Assembly: GCF_036321535.1 (NCBI RefSeq)
Contig: NC_087437.1
Coordinates: 92,878,001 to 92,942,000 of the forward strand
Reading direction: 5' to 3'
Length of the DNA: 64,000 nt
Origin: Camelus dromedarius
Taxonomy: Eukaryota
Shown one piece after another: positions 38,850-50,991 of the stretch. The position numbers and the translations under genes are program-made. Position 1 is the first letter of the stretch. Each line of letters opens with the position of its first letter. The notes below the pieces were generated by a model. The model was not told the origin of the DNA. It saw only the letters and a list, made by a program, of their open reading frames with translations, and made no database searches.

Positions 38850-41090
38850 TTCCTAGGGATGACTGGCATATCAGGCGAGCAGGCTAGTTTGTGTTAGCGG
38901 CAACCTGGAAGTAATGTACTGGGTTGAATTCTAAGAAAAGTAGATTAAGGAGGGTGGAACATACTGATATGAGTATACTGAATTCAGGCCAAGCCAAATT
39001 TATCAATATGAGTAGTTCTTAAGAATTGGAATTTCATGAGTTACCTTGAGCTTCTGGAAATGGCTCCAACAGTTTGCTTGATAATTTGACTGGAACTTGT
39101 ACTCAACCATGGCTAACGTTTAATGAGGTTGAGATGCCTAAACATTCCTAGGCTGGGGAGGGAGGGAGAAGGCATTGAAAGATGGGAATGGTAGAGTAGG
39201 TTTATCATGGACAATCTGCTCATCCCATTGTCACTCTGTCCTGAGGTTCCAGAGGCCATCCATACCTTTGATTAAAAATCAAGAGATGTATTGATGAGGG
39301 TACCAGACCTCTGTGGTAGCTCTGGGGTGGGAAATGTCATTCGGATATACTACTATCGAACTACACTCATTAATTTCAGTGGGGATCATGGGATTCTGGA
39401 GTGGTAGCAAAATACTTTGGTGGTGCTTAGGCCTCGTTGATAAAGTAGCTGTAATTGCCTTAACAGGCTTCAAGGGTCGAGTAGCAGTTAGTGTTTTGAA
39501 ATGCAGGGGTCTGTGGTGTGGTGAATTGATCATCATATCCTTAGGGCTGTGATAACACTGACTGATTACTGAATTTTTATTTAATCTGTATAAGTGGGGA
39601 AATTCTAGATATGTTGAGTAGAAACTTGACTTGTGTTTCTGAAACAGGGAGAACAGCTTCTCTTTATTAAAGGAGAGGCTGATTTCCCTTGAGAAGGGAT
39701 ATAAAATACTACCACAAATATATCCTTTAAATCTTTCAAGGCTTTCCCCAAGGAACCTGCTGTTTGCTAGGAAAAAGCCCAGACTTTTGAGAATTAATAA
39801 AAACAGATTCTGGATTTATCTTGGGGACATAAATGCCACAGTGGCACATCAGTCAGAATTGAGGCTTATGGAGGTCACTTAATCTTCATCACTCTGGGTG
39901 CAATGGCTTGTCAGACTAATCTTGTGTGTACTTTCCAGTTTCCTGAGTGCATAGTTACAACAGGCATGGAAATTGGCACAGTTTTTCACATGAGTTCTTG
40001 TGGAGTGAGGGCTATTTAGGAAGGGCCAAATAGGAGCTCCTGGAACTGCCCCTCCCTAACAGAAGACAAAACCCAAGGAAGTGATATCTCCCTAGGAACA
40101 TTGCAGTGAGTAGGGCCACCTTTAAAGACTTGAAAGACACGGCAATGGAGATTCCTGTAACATTCCCTTTCAGTTTGCTAGTTTGATGGATGGAGCTTGG
40201 AGAATAACTTGGTGCTAATGGAAACCTAAGCAGAGTGATTCCAATTGCTTTGTTTTCTAAAGTGTAGTATCAGTATAATCTTCTGCACTTACAGTAGTTG
40301 ATCTGGCATTTTTTTTTCTTCTTCTTTACCAGTTAGGACAATCAGAGGGCAGACAGCCTTCAACTAACTTGCAGAGAGAGCCGAAGGGGCAATGACAGTT
40401 TTCTTGATCTCTGTCATGTGTTTCATAGGGACCTTATGATTGTAAATTTCATGTATCTACTTGACTGGGCCACAGGGTCCCCATATTTTTGGCTAAACAT
40501 TACTCTGAGTGTGTGTGTGAGGGTATTTCTGCATGAGATAAACATTTGAATTGGTAGATTGAGTAAAAAAGATTTCTATCCTTAATGTGAGTGGGCCTTA
40601 TCCAATCCATTGAAGGCTCAAGTAGAACAAAAAGACATGGAATAAGGGAGAATTCCCTCTTTCTGCCTGACTCTCTTTGAGCTGGGACACTGATTTTCTC
40701 TTGCCTTTGGACTTGGTCTTGGACTGAAACTTATACCACTAGCTCTCTTGGTTCTCAGGCCTTTAGATTCAAACTGGAACTAAATCATTGCTTCTCCTGG
40801 GTCTCCAGTTTGCCTACTACAGCTCTTGGGGTTTCTCCATCTCCATAACCATGTGGGCCAATTCCTTTAATAAATCTCTTTAATAAATTTCTATATATTT
40901 CCTATTGTCTCTGGAGAACCCAGACTAATGCAGAACTTAATCGTCGGAATATCTAGAGACCATAATCCTGGGCCAGTACACTAAAGCCACCATGCTTTTT
41001 GTATCTGATGACCAAAGAGTAATAAAGCCTAGATACCTCAGTAAGACTCACACAGGCCAGAAAGTGGATGATAAACTCTGTGCTTTAATC
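38850..41090 (+). mobile_element. Highly decayed ERVL/MaLR internal-like sequence
   Basis: Motifs resembling ERVL internal gag/pol (ggggatcatgggattctggagtggtagc; tttaaagacttgaaagacac); no ORF; limits uncertain. Confidence 0.4.
40435..40932 (+). mobile_element. ERVL solo LTR (MLT2-like)
   Basis: acttgactgggccacagggt...tggagaacccagactaatgca; 5-bp flanks gacct/gaact. Confidence 0.8.
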
Positions 41091-41679
41091 TGGTAATCCT
41101 GCAAAATTTAACTAAATACAGTGTTCAAATGCTGTCAACACTTCTGAGACCATAGGGTTTCTTTTTCCCTTTCTCCAAATGGCTAGTATTTAATGAAATA
41201 AAAAAAAAACAAAGAACTCCATATTAATTTGAAAAGAGAGAATTTGCTTTGAACAATTTACACAATATTAAACCTCTGAAATAGAAATTTCTATAGCTTT
41301 TCGACTTGAGCTTTATTTTTAAATAATGATTATTTTTGTTGTTGGTCAACTAGGAAGTAAGTTTATGGAATTTAATGTATTTATTTTACACATACACACA
41401 TTTGTATATAAAAATCAATGTGATATTTAAAAATACTATTCTTTATCTTAATGACTTGTATATAAAAATGAGAATAAAGGTTAGTTTGGAGAACTTTAGA
41501 AATAAACCAGAGGTTCTGTCCTCAAATATTTTATAATTGACTATACCTAATGTTCTTAGGCAAGTAAAATTTATATTTAGTAAACTAACAACATGAGTAC
41601 AGAAAAATAAATACTTTTGTAGGTAAGTCCATCTCCTACCCTCTAAAAGTAAAGAAACAGAATTCATTTCAGCAATTTA

Positions 41680-43010
41680 GTTAGTGTCTACTCTGGGTCA
41701 GGTACTGTTATGAGCACTTGGAATCTAGGAGTGAACAAAACACAAAAATCCATACTTTTGAGGAGCTTACTTTCTAACAGCAGGGGACAAATGATACACA
41801 ATGAACATGACACATATTGGATGATAAATACTATGGCAAAAAAAAAAAATGGGGAAAAGTAAGGGACACAGGAATGGAGGGGCAGCTTTAAATAGGCTTT
41901 TTTTTCAGGATAAGAACTATTGTGAGAATCTGGCATTTGTGCAAAGACCCGAAGCAGGAATAGTTATGCAGACATCTGTGGAAAAGTATTCCAGACAGAG
42001 GAAATGATCAGTGCAAAAGCCCTTAGGCAGAGGTTTGTCTGGAATATTCAGGAAATTGGAAATAGAACAGTTTGTTGGGGATACTGAGTTAGGGACAGAG
42101 CAGTAAGAAATGGCATAAGAAAGAAAAGTGACTAAGGCTCAGAATATACAAGTACTTGTGGATTACTATAAAGATTGGTTGGTTTTTATTGTGAGCAAGA
42201 GAGGGAGCCACTGGAGAGTTTTGAGCAGAGGAATTATATGATCTTACTTATGATTTAAAATGATTCCTGTATTACTCAGGGTTCTCTAGAGAAACAGATC
42301 AACATACACAGACACACATACACACACACACATGAGGATTTATTATGAGGAAATTGCTTATGTGATTATGTAGGCTAAATCCCAGGATCTGCTGTCTGCA
42401 AGCTGGAGGCCCAGAAAAGCTGGTGTTTTAGTTCCTGCCCCAGTACAAAGGTCTAAGAGCCAGGAGAACTGATGGTGAAAGTCCTAGTGCAAAGGCAGGA
42501 GAAGACCTATGCTGCAGCCCAGTAGTCAGGCAGAGAGAGTGAATTCTCCCTTCCTCCACCTTTTTATTCTGATCAAGCCCTCAGTGGATTGGATGTTGCC
42601 CACCCACACTGCAGAGAGCACTCTGCTTTACTTAGTCTACTGGTTCAAATGCTCATTTCACCTTAGAACCATCCTCACGGACACACCAAGAAGTAATGTT
42701 AGGCAGATATTTAGGTATCCTGTTGGATTCTTTATTGAAGTTGACGTAAAAATTAACCATCACAATTACTCTGAATGACTGTATTGTAAAAGGTTGTAGG
42801 AGGCACGATGTGAGCAGGAGGATTAGTTACAGCTCTTGTATAATCCAAGTGAGAGATAACAGTGGTTAGACCAATGGAAGTGATAAAAAGTGATTGGATT
42901 TTCACTCTGTTGTGAAAATTGAATCAAAAGGACCTGATGAATTGTATATGAGATAAAGAGAGGAATCAGGATGTCTCCAAGTTTTTTGGCATAAACAATA
43001 GGGAAGAATT
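41680..43010. mobile_element. L2 relic, split by the LTR at 42268-42764
   Basis: gagggagccactggagagttttgagcagaggaattatatgatcttactta...gataaagagaggaatcaggatgtctccaagttttttggc. Confidence 0.7.
42268..42764 (-). mobile_element. ERVL solo LTR (MLT2-like) with internal (CA)n
   Basis: tgtattactcagggttctctagagaaacaga...gttgacgtaaaaattaaccatcaca (TG..CA ends); 5-bp flanks attcc/attac. Confidence 0.8.
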
Positions 43011-46000
43011 TAAGTGACCTGAGGTTAAGGGCTGAGGCTGTCATCTAGTTACAGGAACAGTACTAGAACCTGGGTGTCAGTATTTTTAGCTTACAGATTT
43101 AAATAGCCAAGTACTAATTAGGGTATATTTCTGTTGTATATTTTATTGCAATATATGGCTAAACTAATGGTATTAACTCCAGGATAGACTGGTAATTCAC
43201 TGCTAGACAGATTGGTTATTTTCAGTTTCTCTTCTGTTAATACCTGCCTGTTCCTGCTTTTCAGAGGAAAAATTGGATGAGGTGATTTCGTATTATTTCC
43301 ATGAACTATCATATTGAAATACGTCTATGGCCAAGGTAATTAGAAAGCATGTGAATGTAATTGGAATAAATCAATTTCTCTTGCATTGGTATAGTTTTCC
43401 TCACTCTCACTTACGGAGTTCCTACTTCATAAATTACTAAATTTTGTATTTTTTAAATAAGTCTAAATTCCTTTCAATACATTTAAGTATTATTAGGACA
43501 ACCAATTTTTTGTTTCTGTATTTTACATAAGGCAGATTCTTGCTCAGTGAGACATTTTAAAATCAGAATTTTTGATCCCTTTTCCCCATCAGTATCATTG
43601 TATGTCTTGGCTCATTTGCAGTGCTTTATAATGTTTATGATTTAACAGCTAATCTACACACAAATAAAATAGGTACTGCCAGGAAACTAATTTTTCTTGG
43701 TAGCTCTGTGTTAACTGGGAGTTAATTGATAATTCTATATAATTAGCTAATATGATTCTGTTTATCATATGAGCATCTTTAAAAATAATCCTGAACGCCT
43801 TGACAATTCTGGCTAGGTGTCAGTTTTAGTGAAAAAAGGCTACATTTAAGAATCTGTTACTTTGGAGGCCATCAGGACAGACTGGAATTATGAGAAACCA
43901 AATGTCACTTCAATTTATTCAGCATGAATTTATCTTCCAAAAGAAGCTTAAAAATATACTGCCTACTTTTTTTTCCTATTTTTACTGGGAGTCTCATTTT
44001 ATATTGACATTCATACTGTCTTTTGTACTTTAGCTTCAAAATTGTTGTCAAAGTTTCTCATCAAATGAAGAATCAAATTAGAGATATTTGGCTTTATATT
44101 ATACAACAATTACTCAATGAAAGGTGATTTAAAAAATTATTTATCTCTAAATATTTCAGTATAGAAAATTAACATGTGTGGATTGATAACACATCATTAA
44201 AAGTAGTTTATTCTGGTCAAATTCCCATCTATTGGCTTAAAGATCCTCTAACACTCACTGCGTAATTAATGATTTTTTTTTTTCTGTTTCTCATAATAGA
44301 TTATTAATCTGTGACTTTCGTTTGTTCTCCAGTTATGATAAGATCTGTGGGTCTCCTTTTGGAAGATATTACACATATTGCATCAAGGGAAGAGAATGTG
44401 TGACATTTGTAGAATTCCTGTTTGAAGGGCATTTTGCTCAGGAATTAAGCATGGTTCGTGTTTTCATATTTTTATTAAATGCCACCAAGTATCCTGCCCA
44501 TTGAACTGCATCAGTTTAATAACTTGATTGATTTGGATATCACCCGACATCACTTCTGCCTCAGGGAAGAGAAAAAAAGGGACCAGGAACCCCCCACCAA
44601 TGTCCCTTCCTCTCCCTTGCCACCCCTCACTGAAGTCACCAAGACATAGTCAAGTGTCCTAGCTGGGCAACATTACTTTGTTTGGTGCCCAAAACTAAGA
44701 GAGCCTGAAATGAACATCTCATTGTTCTTAAAAAGAAACCGGAGGCCTCCTTTAGGGAAGGGGTGTTTCTGATATGTATTCTCAATGCTGAGTTACCTCA
44801 GGGGAATACCGAGGTCACTTTTAGTTACAAAAAAATCCTGAAGGGGGATATATTGTTAGATAATATTATCCAGATAGGAGAAATATGATCTAATGAAAAA
44901 TAAATATATTTGAATTTTATCAAAATTGGAACATCAGGTAAAATTGAATTCTTGATATGGTTCATCTTATTCTTTTAAGGAGCCAAAAAAAAAGTCGTCT
45001 TGATTTTCAGTTCAAGTAACTTTACCTAAGAAGTAGCATACCCATCAGTAGATATGTAAAACAGTTTGATGTGCATTATAGTGATGTGAAAAACACTTGA
45101 CATGGCTATTTGTGGGCCTTATTTCCAGAATTGGGTCCAGTAACAGGCAGTTCAGCCAGTGTCTCAAAAATCTTGATTATAAATAAGCACCCCAGTTGAG
45201 TTGGATGCAGGAGGGAGAACACTTCCAGAAATACTTTTTGGACATTAAATTTAAGTTAAACTGCATTCATTGGCTGTAGAGAAATTATGTGACTTAAGTA
45301 TCTCAAGTTAGTATTAGTATTTGGCTTTAGAGTGTTTGGATATGAAGAAATTTTCACTTTTTTTTTCAAAGTTTAGATTTTTTTTTTTTTTTTTTTTTGC
45401 AGAAAACTTAATTCTTGCTTCCAGTGAATGAGCTTTTTTCTTTCAGTGGAAGACACCACATTTTCACATATACATATGAAATCATTAAATTATTGTTTGC
45501 TTACCTATGGTGTCATGACTACAAAGGGGTTTTGGAACTATGTAGAGGAACTGTGGAAACTGGATGTAGGATTTTATTTTGGAATACTTACTTGAAATTG
45601 GTTGAGGCTTTTAGATTTTTTCCCCCTTGGACCAAATAAAAGACTTTCTCTGACCTGAAAAAAAATCTTTGATTCTTTTTATTGACAAAAAAGATCTTGG
45701 AGAGTGGGAGATTTTGGGTAAAGATTGTAATTTTAAGTTGCATCTTGATACCAAAGAACTACAGGAAATAATTATTGAACAGTATCATAATTTACTTATT
45801 ATCATAATTGGAAGCATTTTTATTTTTTGAATTTAGAATGTTAATAAGGAAATGCTGCCAAATACTATTTTTAATATGAATTTGGAAACAAATCTAGTTT
45901 CACTTAAAGCAGGTTGTATAAAATATGTTAAATATATACATATGTATTTCCTGTAGGATGACTCCTTCCTGGCATTTGGACTTCTCTCAATTATAGCCAT

Positions 46001-47936
46001 GTGCACTGAACCCGTACAGGAACTGAGGAATGGAGTCTTGTGGAGAAAAATGTCAGACTTTTCTCAGCAGTTGTTGAGCTGCCCAGTTCTTGATGGGGTA
46101 CAATTATTGTTTAGGTGTTCATTCTAGTAGCAAGTTAAAGGAGGAAATTTGAAACCTAGTGTTTTCCAGGGGTGAGGAATAAAACAAAGAAAACAAAACA
46201 AGCAAGCGCACCACCAAAACTCAGGCTTTGATGTTGGAGTTGATTTGTGAGACAGAATGACTCATTTTTTTTTATAGCCCTGCATACTGTCTATAAGCAG
46301 GAGGCAGGGCAGATTGAGCGTCTGCAGATACATAATTACATGGCCGCCTCTGTCTTCTCTGGGAGTTTTTAAATAGAAATAATGTTACCCATGAGGATGC
46401 AGAGCTGGATTTTTGTGCTCTGGTGGTAACCAGTCTTAGAAGAGAATGAGTATGTCATGCTTCAGTGCCACTGCTTTTAGTATTTATTGTTTGTGAGCAT
46501 GGTTTTGAGAATGTTGCTGGAAGTAAGAAGAAAGGAGGGAAATAGGTATTGAAGCAAACAATAATAAAATAGATCTATCACTGGGACTCTCCTTGCAACA
46601 GGCAGTGAAGTAATTTAAGATGTATTGCACTGTTCTTTAAGAAAAAATATAAGGTGAAAAATTGAATGGCTTATTCTCTTGTCCTGTAGGTGGTAGTTTT
46701 TATTTAAATATGGCACTTTTGATGTTGCAGTCTTTTTTTTCTAAATTACATTTATTTAATACTAAAGATATGTGTCAGTTTCTGGGGTTGGATGGGGTTG
46801 ACATTTTGAGAGTGAGCGTGGAAGGATCAGGAAGATTGTGATAGGTTATATCCTTAAAGAAATGACACTGCAAGCAAATAATGCGAGGGAGCCCTATCAA
46901 ACTGGAATTTTCTTGAAGACAGGCACCTAACTATTCTTTTTTTCGTTAGTTCAAGAGACATTGTATGCAGGAGTGCCTGCTGTTGTTAGATACCTGATTA
47001 ATTACTGGACATTTAAAGTAGGAAAATATATGTACAATGAGATCACTATATGGAGAGAGACTAAACAGTTTTTGAATGAATTAATAAATGGATTAAAGGG
47101 AGTGGAGAAAATATGCATAGGCAGAATCAATCAGCTTCAGGGCTGTAAAGGGCCTCAGACATCTCATTTCAGCAGAGCTGTCAGTGGTAGCAGATCATAT
47201 TATTGAGTTAGGAGAGTTATGCCTTCTATTAGAGGGATTTGAATAGTAGGAGAGCTAATGAGATGTAAGTTATCATTATTTGGTTGTCCTGTCCCTTCAA
47301 CAAATATTCTTTCAAACTTTTGTTAAAGTAGGCAGTTGGATTACATATGCTTTATCTTAGAACTTTTAAATATTTTTTAAACAATAGACTTTAAAATAAT
47401 AGCTATATTATAGATCCTTTCATAGTTTACTTCAGACTCTGTTGTCTTTTCATATTTTAAGTAGAAAAAAACATAAAGATAAGAATTCAGGAAAATCATT
47501 CACAACCTCATTATCTTGAGATCATGGGTAACGTTTTCCGGTATAATGTTGGAGTTACTTTTCTGTGTACATTCATAATTAAACAATAAAAAACATTTTA
47601 AATTTGATTCTTTTTCACTTAACAAGGCATATAATTAGCATCCTTTTGTGTCAATAAATATAGATTTAATACTTCCTCATATTCCATGGATGATACTGCA
47701 TCCATAGTTGATAAAATCATATCTGTGATATGCACGGGGTGCTCAAAAATTCACATATATTATACATGAATATTAATCCTAACAGCTAAATTACTCCACA
47801 TGAACCTTGGGAATTCTTAAAGGGGACTTGAAATTGAGTTGACTATACAGGCAATGGATTAACCATTGTTATAAATCATTATGATGATGATGACCAATTT
47901 TAAGGTAGCTTCACATAGAATTAAAGAGATGTTTTA

Positions 47937-49723
47937 GGGAGAAGATGGCAGAGTAGAAGGACACTCGCAGGTCACCCTCTCCCACAAATACACCAAGACC
48001 CACATCTACAGACCCACTCAGCCAACCAGAGCACCTGTGGAACTCCGACAGAACATCGCCCTCTTCAAAAGATAAAGACGCCAAAAATCTGGTAGAAGAA
48101 AAGGAAAAAAGAAAGAACAAAAGGCAAAGCAGCGCGGGACGGGTCCCGCGGGGAGGGAGCGGCAAAGGAGGACTGGCGCTCGCTCGCTGGGTCTCCCCTC
48201 TCCAACTGAGAGGCCAGCGGGATGGAGGGGGAGCCTCCGAGGCTCGGATCTATACAGAGCAGCCCTTGACTAACAAAACTAGGTTAAACGGGCACAGAGC
48301 GTCCCCCCCGACACCCAGCCTGAGACGCAGGCACGCAGCCGCGGGCAGGGCCAGGCTGCACAAGCCGGGCGGAGGACGGAAGTGGCTGCATGGAGGCAGC
48401 CCCGGGGGAACGCAAGGGGCTGCGTGCCGTGGCTGTGGGTGCACAGGGCAGAACATCCTGGGCCGTCCATAAAACAGCAAGGTTGATGTGCTCTTGGGGG
48501 AAGGGTGCACACCCCCATCTCTGAACACCCGCGGAAAGTTTTTGGGGGAAGAGAGGCGGGGCTCAGGCACAGCCGCCATATCCTCCGCGCTGAGCACTCA
48601 GGCGGGGCGGGGGCGAAACCTGCATCCGCACGGAAGGGCTTAGCAGCCTCAAAGGCCAGACTGAGACTGGCCTGCAGCCTGGGGCAGATAGGATCCTTCC
48701 ATCCTGGTCCCTCAGAGAACTTGCTCCACAAAGACAAACAAGGAGCTGGGTTTTGGCTCGGAGCAGGGACAGGGCTGTCCCTCGGCCTTCCCCGAGCCCA
48801 CCCGCGGAGCGCCGACCAGGGCGGAGCGCCGACCAGGGCGGAGCGCCGACCAGGGCGGAGCGCCGACCAGGGCGGAGCGCCGACCAGGGCGGAGCGCCGA
48901 CCAGGGCGGAGCGCCGACCAGGGCGGAGCGCCGACCAGGGCGGAGCGCGCAGCCGCACAGAACAGCGGAGCTACCAGCGGCGGCGCAGATAGAGCGAGAG
49001 CGGCCCCCTGCCTTTCGGGCAGGAACACAGCCCCTGACCGAGGTGCTGGGAGGGGGCACGACCCGCCCTCCTACCCGGCCAGTCTGCAACATCTGACTGC
49101 GGCATCCGGAGGGGCAGCGACTCGCCCGCCCACAGCAGAGAGCTGCACATGACCCAGTGTTAGGAGGAGGCGCGATCTGCTTGCCGACAGGTGCTGGGAG
49201 CAGCACAAAAGAGGGCGCCAACGGAGGGCCTCTGAAAACAGCAAGCTGAGCTTCCAAAACAGGACGAAGACAGAAAGACTTCACATTAAAAGCACACAGA
49301 CTCCAGGAGAACACCGACAAACCCCCCCGTTTTTTTTTTTTAAATCTGTTTTTACCTGTTCTATTTTCTATTACTCTCTTAATCTTTACTTCTTAATTCA
49401 TTTCTATTTCTTTTGGGTTTTGATGCCCTGCTATTGATTAGACACAGGTTTCAAATACATCTATTCATCTCCCCCCCTTTTTTTGTAAAGGTTTCAAAAG
49501 GATGTCTCAACCCGATTAATACTCTGCTTCAACTCACTCTTCGATTATTCAATATACACTGTTTTCAAACCCTCTTTATCCCTTCTTTTAAAATTCTTTC
49601 TCTCTCTCTTATTTTTTTTTCTTTTTTTCCTAAGTTCTATTCCTAAATAGGCATCAGATAGATAAAATACTTAAGGACCAAAATAAACAACTGATACTCC
49701 ATAAACCACAGTGCCAAAGAGGT
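47937..49723 (+). promoter_or_regulatory. L1 5'UTR / internal promoter with CpG island
   Basis: Begins gggagAAGATGGCa (YY1-like); CpG-rich ~48130-49230; T-rich block 49321-49650. Confidence 0.8.
48804..48948. repeat. Minisatellite: 8 perfect copies of 17-bp gcggagcgccgaccagg + 9-nt partial
   Basis: Counted directly; no spacers between units. Confidence 0.97.
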
Positions 49724-50587
49724 ATGAGCAAGATGAAGAAGCAGAAAAACCTTTCCCAATTAAAAGAACAAGAGAAATCCCCTGAAAGAAAGATCAACGA
49801 AATAGACATTGATAGCCTACTAGATCAAGATTTCAAAAAAGGAGTCAAAAATAAAATATGTCAAAAATGAAATTGAAGCTATAAAGAAGAGCCAAGTAGA
49901 ATGGGTAAACTCATTGACAGAGATGAGGAATGATCTAATAGCTGTGCAAAGCCGACTAGATAATGCAGAGGAACAAATTAGTGATCTAGAAGACAGGGCA
50001 ATACAAAGCACCCATTCAGAAGAACTACAAGAGAAGCAAATAAAAAATAATGAAAATAGCATAAGGGACCTATGGGATAATATAAAGCATCCCAATCTTC
50101 GCATAATAGGGGTCCCAGAAGGAGAAGAAAGATCAAAGGGGATTGAAAAGGTTTTTGAAGAAATCATGACTGAAAACTTCCCAAACTTAAAGAAGGAATC
50201 AGATATCCAAGTACAGGAAGCTCAGAGGGTCCCAAACAGGAAGAACCCAAATAGACCCACACCAAGACATATCATAATCAAGATGGCCAGAGTCAAGGAT
50301 AAAGAAATGATTCTAAAGGCAGCAAGAGAAAAGCAAAGAGTAAGTTACAAGGGAACCCCCATAAGGCTCTCAGCTGATTTCTCTACACAAACACTACAGG
50401 CCAGAAGGGAGTGGCAAGATATATTCAAAGCTCTGAATGAAAAAAAGATGCAGCCTAGGATCCTTTATCCAGCAAGGCTATCCTTGAGGATAGAAGGAGA
50501 AATAAAGAGTTTCACAGACAAAAAAAAGCTGCAGAGTTTAGCAATACTAAACCCATGCTAAAAGAAATATTGAAAGGTCTGTTCTAA
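49724..50587 (+). pseudogene. L1 ORF1p (RNA-binding/chaperone), disrupted
   Basis: MSKMKKQKNLSQLKEQ...; frame break near 49845-49870; conserved NLRIIGVPE, PTPRHII, ARREW, YPARLS; second shift near 50533 before ...PMLKEILKGLF*. Confidence 0.9.
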
Positions 50588-50991
50588 ATAGAAAAGCAGC
50601 AAGATGCTACAGAAATGAGAAACACACAACTGGAAAGGTGATGACTCATGAATTACAAATAAAGTAAACATGAAATTATAAAAGAAGACATACAAATCAC
50701 TGAGAGTGGGAGAGGGAGGCAGGGAAATACAGAATATTTTTTTCATTTTTTTAAAAATTTTTTTAACAGTAGGATGGGTTTGAGATCATGTTACTATCAG
50801 TTTAATAAAAACAGTTATAGTAATGGGTTGATAGATTTACAAAAAAGGGTAACCACAAGCCAAAAATTTACAAAGGAGTCACAAAAATTAAATAAAATCC
50901 ATGATAATACAAAGGAAAATTACCAAACCACAAAAGGAAGAAGAAAGGAACAAAGAGGATACACCAATTCAACTGCAAAGATAAGTTCAAA

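Noticed and set aside
40435..42764. Two MLT2-like LTRs as ends of one provirus
   Set aside because: Opposite orientations, separate 5-bp flank duplications, and L2 rather than ERV sequence between them
48804..48948. CRISPR-like array
   Set aside because: Head-to-tail units without spacers, inside an L1 5'UTR in mammalian DNA; no cas genes
47911..49320. Overlapping 68-249 aa ORFs on both strands, possible ORF0 analogue
   Set aside because: Explained by GC richness and the stop-free 17-bp repeat; low-complexity repetitive peptides with no recognisable domain
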